A DNA stretch of 33,271 nt from Chiloscyllium plagiosum (Eukaryota). A program made the position numbers and the translations under genes. Of this stretch, positions 22,900 to 32,989 are shown one piece after another (within the stretch, counting starts at the first letter, position 1; every line of letters begins with the position of its first letter). The notes beneath the pieces were generated by a model, which ran no database searches, was not told the DNA's origin, and was given only the letters and a program-made list of their open reading frames with translations. The DNA is taken from the NCBI RefSeq assembly GCF_004010195.1, contig NC_057718.1:44532005-44565275 (forward strand). The letters are read 5' to 3'.

Positions 22900-23770
22900 C
22901 TGAGTTGAAGGCCTTTATAAAATTGATGAAGACTATTTAGACAGCTTGGTTTTGCTTGCACCATTTCTCTTGTTATCATGGCATACACAGACTACCTTTG
23001 ACCTGTTTAAAGAAACCTGTTGAGCCAAAGGGCTGCATTTGAATGCAGATGAGACATGTGATCCATGAGCCAAAACTAAAACTTGCACCAAACCTCCTCA
23101 GCATCATTGTTGCAGTTTGTGCTCTGGAGCCAGTCAATCATTTCAGTAATCTCAGTTGCCACTGTTGCAGTCAGTAACCATAGACGTGGAGATCCTACAC
23201 AGAATCCAGTGCAGGATCTCTTCCTTTGGGAAGATACTTAGATGACTCGTCAATGGTTGCATTCTATAAGGCAGTCAGCCTCCCACGGTTTCTTTTCTGC
23301 TGTGAAACCTGGGTGACACATTGCCTAATCCTGCAAAACATTTGAATGTACTGTTAGCACTACTTCAGAAATATCTTACTAATCATCTGAATGGACTGCT
23401 GCACAAACACAGACATATTCCAAGAAGCAGGTGCTCTGAGCATAGAGGAAACCGTTGTTACATAGACTTATGCTAAACAGCCTCTGCACCAGAATGCTGA
23501 ACACTTACTTTCCAAAATGCATCCTCTGTTCCCAACTCATTCCTGGTCAAAAATCACACAATGTCAGTGGACATATTTCAAAGATCCCCAGAAAGGATAC
23601 TTGAAAAAGATTGGCTTCAATTTTAATGGATGGGAAGACAGCACTTTGGACTGCCCATGATAGTGATTACTGTTTCATAGCTTGCTTTTTCTTCATCAAG
23701 GTGTAGCTGGTTTTGAAAGACATATGGTGATGGCTGAAGCTGTGAAAGCAAAAAGAAAGCTCCAGCTTAG
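22900..23770 (+). mobile_element. Old RTE-clade (BovB-like) LINE fragment, RT C-terminal half
   Basis: Manual translation across frameshifts: DLFKETC*AKGLHLNADET, LEPVNHFSNLS, IDVEILHRIQC, YKAVSLPRFLFCCETWVT (23265-23318), PKCILCSQLIPGQKSH, QWTYFKDPQKGYLKKIGFNFNGWEDSTLD. The motifs are collinear with RTE RT. Confidence 0.8.
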
Positions 23771-24526
23771 GTGCAACACTTCACCAATCACAGACTGCCC
23801 AACAGACTAATCAATCACTGACTGCTGTGGGTTTTTTTGATTTTTATTTAAAGGGACCTCAGCCTTTTATTTTCCTTTTTCACCTCCTTTGCCAGACATT
23901 GATTTCATGCTATCTCTTACAGTCTCTCTTGCTTTTCTCATTTCCCTTTTCCTTTTGTCTGTATTGCCCTCTCCTTTCTATGGGACTCCCTGGCAAGCAT
24001 TCTCCACATTCCACAAGGCTATCAAGTTACTTAGGTGAGAACTACAATATTCAGATCAAAATCATCACTAAAGCCACATCAGAGAAGCCAGAGAATTTCA
24101 AGATATAACTAATCACATGTATGTGTGAGCTGAAATACCAGATGGACAAAAGCCACGAAGGCACTGAGAGGTCCTTTTCTCTTTCCATTATTTCTTCCTT
24201 TGCATTTAAGCATACTACCGTTTGCCTCAGCATGCCTTAGTAAGGAAGCCGAAATTGAAACAGAGTTCCTGTCTATGATAGCTTGCCAGACCATTCTTTG
24301 TGGAAGGACTTGTGTAGGTGTAGGTCGGATTAAGTCAATTGTGTTCTGGCAACATTCACTGTCAAAGTTTTCATGCAAAATGGTCACTTGAGTACTTGCA
24401 GCTTGTGCAAAATGTCAGCAAAACATGATTAATAGCATGACAAGAGGTAAGGAGCCTAAAACCAACAAAGAAATAAACATATAAAATGTTTCTAATTTGA
24501 ATGTTCTTTCTCAAAATAGTTTGGGG

Positions 24527-25870
24527 TAAGATAATTAGAAATAGGAAGGAAACAAGTAGATCATATGGCCCTTCAAGCCAGCTTTGCCATTCAATATGCA
24601 GTTGGAGTTCAATCCAGGCAAATGTGAGGTGATGCATTTTGGGACGTCTAATTCTAGAGTGAATTATGCAGTAAACGGAAGAGCCTTGGGAAAAGTTGAT
24701 GAGCAGAGAGATCTGGGAGTTCAGGTCCACTGTACCCTGAAGGTTGTTGCACAGGTGGATAGAGTGGTCAAGAAGGCATATGGTATGCTTGCCTTCATCG
24801 GACGGAGTATTGAGTATAAAAGCTGGCAAGTCATATTAAAATTGTACACAACATTCGTTCAATCGTATTTACAATACTGTGTATGATTCTGGTCGCCACA
24901 TTACTAAAAGGATGTGGACACTTTGGAGAGGGTGCAGAGAAGATTTACAAAGATGTTGCTTGGTATGGAAGGTGCTAGCTATGAAGAGAAGTTGAGTAGA
25001 TTAGGTTTGTTTTCATTAGAAAAAAGGAGATTGAGGAGGGACCTGATTGAGGTCTACAAAATCATGAAGGGTATAGACAGGATAGATAGAGATAAGCTTT
25101 TCCCAGGGTGAAGGATTCAATAATGAGAGGCCACATTTTCAAGGTGAGAGGTGAGATGTTTAAGGGGGATACACGTGGCAAGTACATTACACAGAGGGTG
25201 GTAGGTGCCTGTAGCGCGTTGCCAGCAGAGGTAGTAGAGACAGACACAGTAGATTCATTTAAGATGCGTCTGGACAGATGCATGAGTAGGTGGGGAGCAG
25301 AGGAATACAGATGCTTAGGAAATGGGTGACAGATTTAGACAGTGGATTTGGATCGGTTCAGGCTTGGAGGGCCGAAGGGCCTGTTCCTGTGCTATAGATT
25401 TTCTTTGTTCTTTGTTCGTTTAATAGGACCATGGCTGATCTGACATTCTTCAGGTCCACTTTCCCACCTTTTCCCTGTAATCCTTTGTTTCCCCATTGAT
25501 CAAGAATCTATCTCAGCCTTAAATATACACAATGACTGTTCCTCCACAGCTGTCTGTGGCAAGATCACACAAAATCTCACAACTCTCAGAGAGAGGAAAT
25601 ACACCGTCATTTCCCTCTTAAAGTGACACCCCTTTATTCTGAAACCATACTGTCTGGTTGTAGACTGTCTCATGAGGGGAAAATTCCTCTCCATATTTAC
25701 CATGTCAAACCCCTTGAGAATCCTCTATGTTTCTATGAGATCATTTCACATTCTTCTAAATTACAATGAGTAGGGTCTCAACCTGTTTAGCTTTTGGCAC
25801 AAGACAATCCTTCCATTCTAGAAATCATCTTAATGAACCTTCTCTGAACGGTGTCCACTGAAATGATCCA
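24527..25870 (-). mobile_element. Older CR1 3' end, split by the insert at 24597-25417
   Basis: Antisense 3' UTR ..gccattcaata|ggaccatggctgatc.. is continuous across the insert. ORF 25500-25703 FPLMRQSTTR..LRVVRF..IFKAEID. Confidence 0.85.
24597..25417 (+). mobile_element. Younger CR1 3' fragment
   Basis: [53 protein letters not shown]. Tail ttctttgttctttgttc. Degenerate TSD cattcaata/cgtttaata. Confidence 0.93.
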
Positions 25871-26479
25871 TTTCTTTAAATACTTTAAGTAACAGTTTTC
25901 CTTTACATACTATTTTATCCTTTATTTAGAATTCCTTGACAACAAAGTTTTTTAAAAATGACACTTACTGGTTTAGATGATCTAAGACATTATGAATGGC
26001 AGCAAAAGGTGAGTACCACAGTTATATTTGACTCTGTGCAATATGCCTAGTAAAATACTATATTTTCTACGTGGTATTCTTTTATACTAGAAAAGATAAT
26101 ACTGACATAGAAATGGGAAAAAGTATACTAAGTTCAGTAAGGAAATGTGAGTCCCACAACATTTAATAAAGTATCTTGAATCATATTGTATTGAAACCAG
26201 CCTAGTGCCTTGATGAAAGAGGCTGCATAAATGAAAAGAGGACTTTTTAAAAAGTTGCAATCGGATAATAATTCCACTGACACATCTATGGTAGGAAGTA
26301 AGCCATGTGTCATGACTGATAATGGGTACACTGGTGATGAAGACTATAAAATAAACATTGGAACGTTTCAATTCACTATTAAACCCTGCTCAGTTATTTC
26401 CATGCTTTATTACATTTTCCTTGTAAATGCACACAGCTAAAATTCTGATATCTCCCATTAATCATAATATTATGAGATG

Positions 26480-27845
26480 TAGCGCAATGGGCCAATTCTC
26501 TGCCTTTAAAATATTCAAATATGCTGCCTTTTGAGGAAGAGAATTTCAAAGACCCACAACCCACTCAGGGAAAAAAAAGAATTCTCCCAATCTCTGATTT
26601 AAATGGTTTACCATAATTTTTAAACAATGACACCCTAGTTCTACATTCTTCCATCAGTGAAACATCCTTTCTATATCGAATCATTGAAGTCCCCACAGGA
26701 TCTTGTATGCCTCAATTAAGTCACCTCTTGCTGTTCTAAACTAAAACAGACTCTAACCTAAATTGTCCTCAAAAGACAATCTGCCCATTTCAGGTATTGG
26801 TTCTTGTTGGCTATTCTCTGGACAATCTCCAGAGCAGTTACATCTTTCCTTAAGTAGATTGTAGACAGTCCTCTATATGTGGTATCCACACAGTGCCCTG
26901 TATAAATGAAGCAAAATCTCCTTCCCTCTGCATTTTAAAAGAAATGCTATTTGCTTTCCTAATTACTCATTGTACCTGAATACTAAACTTTTACAATTCA
27001 TGCACTTGGGCAACCAGTTTCTTCTGCATTTCAGACTTCTGTAATTACTCACCATTTATTTTTTAGTCTTCCCCCAAAAATGAACAATTCCACATTTTCC
27101 CACATTATAATTCATTTGTCAGATCTTTGTGTGCTTATCTAACCTAACTATATTCTTTTCTAGCTGTTTTTGTATTCTCTTCACAACTTACTTCCAACTT
27201 ATGTCCGATCAACAACTTTTGCAATAATATCTTCAGTCTCTTCATCCAAATTACTTACATAATTTGTAAAGTATCCATGCCTACACATTGATCCCAGTGG
27301 TACAACACTAGCTACGTCTTACCAATCAGAAAATGGTCACTGTTTCCTGCTAGCCAAACAATTTCCCATCCATGCCAATATGTCCTTCCTACAGCTTTTA
27401 TTTTCTGTAATAACCTTTGATGTTTTACCTTATGAAACATCTTTGGAAATCTCGGTAGAGTACATTTACTAGTCTCACTTAATCCTCGGAGTGTCTTAGC
27501 ACCTCAAAAAAATCCAGTAGATCGGTCCAGCATGATTGCCTTTTCACAAAACCATGGCGAAAGTGCGGACTGCAGATGCTGGAGATCAGAGTTAAGATTT
27601 GAGTGGTGCTGGAAATGCACAGCAGGTCAGGCAGCATCTGAGGAGCAGGAAAATCGACATATTGGGCAGGAGCCCTTATCCATATTAATTGCCTAATTAC
27701 TTAATCTTATCCAAGTCTCCTGTTTAACTTCTTTAATAATAGCTTCTAGCATTTTCCCTTTGATAGGTGTTAAGCTAACTAACCTGTAGCTTTCTACATT
27801 ATGCCTCCTTCCTTTTATATGTGAAGGAGTTACAATTACAATCTT
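26480..27845 (-). mobile_element. Old CR1, RT to near 3' end, interrupted at 27556-27679
   Basis: Antisense remnants of RLVSLT (gttaagctaactaacctgta), HG.VK (aaaccat..catgattgcc), Y.DFQ.FHKV (ttatgaaacatctttggaaat), KCGIVHFWG (aaatgaacaattccacattt). Confidence 0.8.
27556..27679 (-). mobile_element. Short PLE-derived insert with degenerate hammerhead
   Basis: Collinear homologue of 11928-12045 and 21344-21453. Stem II GGGC tcct GCCC is intact, GAAA is mutated to AATA and the core is truncated at the boundary. ccat on both sides. Confidence 0.82.
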
Positions 27846-27879
27846 GGTATTGGTGGGAATGGTCATTTATTTGCTGTAT

Positions 27880-27980
27880 GCCCTATATTACAGGATAATG
27901 ATGCATTAGCAGCATTTGATTGGCTGGAAATCACTTTGGAAGTGGAGAGGTTGCAAGTGGCACTATATAAATGTAAGCCA
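27880..27980 (+). mobile_element. SacSINE1/L2-type 3' tail remnant
   Basis: cctatattacagg..attggctggaaatcactttgg..ggcactatataaatgtaag. Confidence 0.55.
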
Positions 27981-28060
27981 AAAGAAAACGCTGGCTGATT
28001 CCCTGCCTATTATGGTCCAAGCATGTTTTTATAGCTGATCGCTTGACTCAGTGTTACAAA

Positions 28061-28164
28061 GTGACCCAGTCCTAATGAAAGGTTCCTACATGAAACATCG
28101 ACTCCCCTTCTCTGATGTTGTTTGACTGACTATGCTTTTTCCAGCTCCACTCTTTATCCACACT
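28061..28164 (+). mobile_element. Short PLE-derived insert with degenerate hammerhead
   Basis: TSD gtgttacaaa (28051-28060, 28165-28174). agtc-CTAATGA(28072-28078)..GAAA-ca-TC-gact with stem I agtc/gact. Confidence 0.72.
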
Positions 28165-28484
28165 GTGTTACAAAAGGAGATATTCAAAATTCAATACATA
28201 TCATCACGCATAACAATGTAAATATTGCATGTGGCCTACAGTCATACAACTATGAAACGTCAATGATGAACAAGTATTTTGATTGATTCCAAGTTAGCCG
28301 TAAATTGGATTGGTACTTTCTGTAGTCAAACGGGGGAATTTGTATGGATTATGGGTATATTCCTTATTTTGCTGGATCTTCCACTTTTTCATCAATTTCA
28401 CTAGGTAAACCTGTTCTCAGATTACTACCCTTGAGAAATAAAAACATTCGGAAGGATGAGGCTGGATTTTACACTAAGGGCATG

Positions 28485-28795
28485 TAGATTAGATTACTTA
28501 CAGTGTGGAAACAGGCCCTTCTGGCCAACAAGTCCACACCGCCCCGCCGAAGCGCAACCCACCCATACCCCTACATTTACCCCTTACCTAACACTACGGA
28601 CAATTTAGCATGGCCAATTCACCTGACCTGCACATCTTTGGACTGTGGGAGGAAACCGGAGCACCCGGAGGAAACCCACGCAGACACGGGGAGAACGTGC
28701 AAACTCCACACAGTCAGTCGCCTGAGGCGGGAACTGAACCCAGGTCTCTGGCGCTGTGAGGCAGCAGTGCTAACCACTGTGCCACCGTGCCGCCC
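28485..28795 (-). mobile_element. HE1-type V-SINE, full length, young
   Basis: Close reverse complement of 13372-13685 with intact A box and CpGs. Tail (TCTAA)n. Confidence 0.95.
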
Positions 28796-29562
28796 ACGAC
28801 AGTTGTACTCCCCCAACACAGTTTAAATGCCTGGAGGTTAGTCTGCCGCTGGTTGGCTGGTTGTGCTTCAGTATGATCACTGACAGAATATGGATAGGTT
28901 TGAGGTGGCTCTTCTGTCTTTGTTCTGCAGAAAGTTCTCTCACAGAAAGTTAGTGATCAAACAAGGGCTGGAGCTCTGTGGTATTGGCAATGCCACTGGA
29001 GTGGTGCTTGCTGCTGAATCTGTGATGAGGACATCAAGATGTCTTTCATCAATAGACTCAGAATTAGAATTAAGTTTGGCATCTCACTGGTGCCAGGCGA
29101 AGGACTGAGAGGAGTTCATTTGAACAGGGCAGGCAGGAAGATAAATATTGTGTCACAGGTCTATAATTGGTACCCAAGATTCAGACAGCAGGCCAGCTTT
29201 CTTGGTGTTTTCAGCACATTAGATGGAAGGTTTGGAAGTGACCTATCGTCAACCTCTTACCAATATTACACTGTAACTCAGGTAATGCTTTTTACATCTG
29301 GCTTGTGTCTGCTCATTTGACTCCATATTTTCCAGAGAGGAGTTTCACAATATCCCGTAGTGAATTTGAGATGATCATATCATTAGAAAATATGAAGAAA
29401 AAGTCATGTCCTAATACTTGAGGGCACATTCTGTCAGCAAGTTAATGAAAAACAAAACTGTGAAATGCTGTTTGCTTTTGCTGTAATCAATTGCTTATAT
29501 TTTAAACGATGCACTTTTCGCTGTCAAATTAATGATAAGGCTATCTTTATTGATGGCAAATT

Positions 29563-30200
29563 GATTTGATTTATTTATTGTCACATTATCTTATGTGACA
29601 AAATACAGTGAAAAGTAGTTTTTAGTGTCGCCACTCTCCAGCGCTATCTTAACGCACAAAAAGTAAACCAAAACATAGAATATAAAGGCAGGAAAATGAA
29701 GAAATAAAGGTAGTACCCACATTTACGGTCCTTTGTGTTAAGTGCTCCATCACGGGCCTGCATTGCTGCCACTAGCACAAACTTGCCACTCTTCAGCACC
29801 ATCTCACCTCCACTGATGCCCTCACCACTAAGAGTCCTTGTTGAACCTCAACAATGCAGACACCACTGATGCTGCTAGGTACTGCAATGAAGCAATCTCA
29901 ACTCCACCACCGAGAGTCTGCTCCAGGCCCACCTGGCTGATTTAACCACTGTTGATAGATCAGTACGAAGCCAAACTCGCATTGAACGCTGTTCGCACTA
30001 CTAGGCCTCCTCAAATCTACACTGCTTGGCCTATTCGAGTCTGCACTGCTGGGCCAACTTGAGTCTCGTCACTGGGCCTACTCGAGTCTACATGGCTGGG
30101 CCTATTTGAGTCTACTCTGTTGGGTCAACTCGAGTCTGCAGTACTGGGCCTACTTGAGACTGCTCTGCTGGGCTTACTTGAATCCACCAGCTCTAAAGCA
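29563..30200 (-). mobile_element. Probable non-autonomous retroelement with an internal minisatellite
   Basis: Left end gatttgatttatttattgtcac..aaatacagtgaaaag is the antisense of a LINE-like tail (aataaataaatcaaatc). No coding remnants. 5' boundary uncertain. Confidence 0.45.
29996..30186. repeat. 24-bp minisatellite, 8 units, consensus CACTGCTGGGCCTACTYGAGTCTR
   Basis: Units start at 29996, 30020, 30044, 30068 (23 bp), 30091, 30115, 30139 and 30163. Confidence 0.9.
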
Positions 30201-30892
30201 TCAACTGAATCTTGCACCAATCAGACAGTCAATTGTCTGTATTTGTGTCTCATCCATTCACAGAATATCCCACCCCCCAAGTGTTGCCAGCCAAACAGAT
30301 GGGTGACAGTTCTTCAATTTCAGCCATGTCAATGAGCGAAGCAGGGACTTGAGGTGGCCCCGTGTTTACAAAGATGGAAAAGGCCCTGGAGTGCAGATAA
30401 TGGGGAGACAGGTTTATCAAGGGGCCACCTGGCAGAATTCAGTGAGGGGCTGGTGGAGGTCTTTGGGACTGGCTCTTGCCACAAGTGTCACCAGGAGGGC
30501 ACCCCTGAGGTAGCAGGGAGGTAGTAGGTATATCTCCTCATGTTGCCTCAGAACAAAGTTCTTCAGTGGCCTCTGACCAATTGAGGGCCTTCACTGATCT
30601 CATTATTGGTGTCTGGGCTGTCTTCCATCGACTTTATGGCTGGTAAACTTCCAGCAGTAGCAGGAAGTTGATGACCACAGCAGCCTTTTTGCCATCTGAC
30701 CTGATATTACATCATCTTCATTCTGACGCAGTCAAGACCTTAAATTCAAATATCCAAAATTGTTGTCCAAGTTACAGAGCCCTGGTGATAGATTCACAAA
30801 AGCAATATCTCATTGTCTACCTCATCCTTTAACTGCATTAAATACCACAAATCTGCTGCAGGTATTTACCAAAGAAATTTCAAGTTATAACG

Positions 30893-31022
30893 TTTTAGAG
30901 TCCTCCAGCGCAAAGTCAGGCCCTTCGGCTCAAACTGGTCCATGCTGACCAAAATGTCATCCACGCTAACCCCATGTACCTGTACTTGGTCCATGTCCTC
31001 TAACCCTTTCACATCCATATAC
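30893..31022 (-). mobile_element. CR1 3' UTR fragment
   Basis: caggcccttcggctcaaactggtccatgctgacc..cttggtccatgtcctctaaccctttc is the antisense of the CR1/HE1-type tail. Confidence 0.75.
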
Positions 31023-31689
31023 TAAAGTATTACTTTAATGAGGTGATGTTGTTTATTGTCAATCAACCTCTCTAGCATTGAGAATTAATCTTTTGTGAAT
31101 GTCAAGTCTCATTTCATTAATTTGGAATTAACTGATTTGAATTTTGACCTTTCTCTCAGCCTTAGTAGTATTAATTTTACAATTTTTCAATTGGATCAGT
31201 TAAATTTCTTTTGCTATTCACTCTAATTTCAGACACTGTTTTTCTCTTGCTGTGATATTATCAGCTCATATTTTCAGAAATTTGCCATCCAAAATATTTA
31301 AGAGCCCAACCAAGCGAGAGGAAATTTAACTAATGAGGGATGCTGTTAGGTGCTCTGCTATAGCACAATTTTGTTCATTTTATTTTGTTGCTGTGACTCA
31401 TTTTGTCCATAGGTTTCTCTTTTGCAATCAGCAGTTTCACTTGTCACTGTACTAAAAATAGAGATTAGAACTGTTTTTTTTATGCCTGGTAATTTGTGGT
31501 AGTTTACCATTCTCTAATCTTTAGTTAGTTTGCCACAGGTATTGCTGTTCTTCTCTGTCACTGGGATGTATATATATCCAACGTGTACATAACAGTGGCA
31601 CAGCATAACCTAGGTAATGAAGAAGGCTTGTTCAAAAGCTTGAAACTCCTTTCTGAACAGCTTTGTGGGTCTTCCTACACCCATGCACT

Positions 31690-31798
31690 ATATCAGTTTA
31701 AGAAGGCAGCTCAACATCAATTTCTCAAAAGCAAATAGGGGTGGTAATAAATGCTGTCCCAGCTGCAATGCCTACATTCCACAAATTAATAAATGAAA
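31690..31798 (+). mobile_element. 3' end of the same LINE family as 14757-15856
   Basis: cagtttaagaaggcagctca..aataaatgctg..gcctacattcc is homologous to the reverse complement of 14765-14865. Confidence 0.7.
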
Positions 31799-32364
31799 CA
31801 TGTCAAGACAATTCAAGTCAGTGTGTTCAGGGGATAGTCTTACAGGAGGATTGTAAGAGTATTTATTAGGACATTCTATAAAGAGTGGACTGTTTCATGC
31901 AGATGCCTGACAAGTTCAGCTAAAATTACAGGACAGTCAATTATTTCAAAAGCAGCATAAATTTTTCCTCATGAAATGATAGCACTTTCTCGAACTTTTT
32001 ATAACAAAATTAATGTACATAATCTGTGCCAGAGAGATTGAAAGGACAGTTTTTTTCAACACAAATAGAAATGACAAAGGGCTGAATTATGAAAAAAAAA
32101 ATAAGAAAACTGATGAAAAGTACATTTTAAATAGATTTTCAAGTTTTTTAAGCTTATGCTTCTATGAAATATAGGTGGAGGGTATTCTTTAGTGAAACTA
32201 TAGCTTGTATCAATGGGCATAAAATGCTAGCAAAATATTTCTTTAGTAAGAAATTAAGTTTTTTGACATTTATGTGCACAATCCAAGATAAATCAATGTG
32301 GGATACACAACATAAAAGAAAGAAAGCTTTATGTTTTACAGCTTCTCTCATGAAGCTTTACACC

Positions 32365-32645
32365 CAATGAAGTACTTACAATGAATAGTCACTAATCTGA
32401 GGTAGGAAATATGGCAGCTGAAATTGCTGTCAATAATACCAGATAATTTGCTTTAGTGATGTTTGTGGAGGGATAAATGATGATGGCAAAGATACTGGAG
32501 TATCTTTGAAATACAGCATTTGCGTGAGCATCTGAGGTACTGCATTATCAAAAGGGTGGCACCTCTGACAGTGCAGAACTCTCTCATTCCTGAACAGAAT
32601 CATCAGCTTCGGTTATGTGCTTGCGATCTCTGGCCCACAACCACA
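32365..32645 (-). mobile_element. SacSINE1-like Deu-SINE remnant
   Basis: gtaggaaatatggcagc, ccagataatttgctttagtgatgttt..gagggataaat and ggcacctctgacagtgcagaactc match Deu-domain antisense blocks. Confidence 0.7.
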
Positions 32646-32772
32646 AAAACAAGAGTGTGTGCACCAATACTCCAAATTTGAGATATGCACAGATATTAGT
32701 GCAAGCAAATGAAGAATTTTAATAACATTTAGGGGCAAATCAGCCAAGTAAAGAAGAAGCTATTGAAAAAGT

Positions 32773-32870
32773 ATTTTTTTTATTCATTCATCGGATGAGG
32801 GCATCTCTGGCTATGTCAGCATTTATTACCAACCCCTAATTGCTCAGAGGGCAGTTGAGTCACATGCAGG
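32773..32870 (-). mobile_element. 3' fragment of the 8146-type SINE
   Basis: tttattcattcat..cagcatttattaccaacccctaattgctcagagggcagttgagtcacatgcaggc. Confidence 0.7.
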
Positions 32871-32989
32871 CATGTAATTTGATAAGTAACCATTGACAGA
32901 TTACTGCAATGTTCCAAAATCACTGACCATGCAAAACATTAACAGATGGAAATTATACCCAAACCAGCGTTTGACTTTGTGGTATGTAT

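Noticed and set aside
24109..24387. Minus-strand ORFs in unique DNA (24109-24387, 26087-26371, 26134-26331)
   Set aside because: No recognisable homology and no convincing paired splice sites. Lengths are compatible with chance.
29996..30186. CRISPR-like array
   Set aside because: Units are head-to-tail with no unique spacers, there are no cas genes, and the context is eukaryotic.
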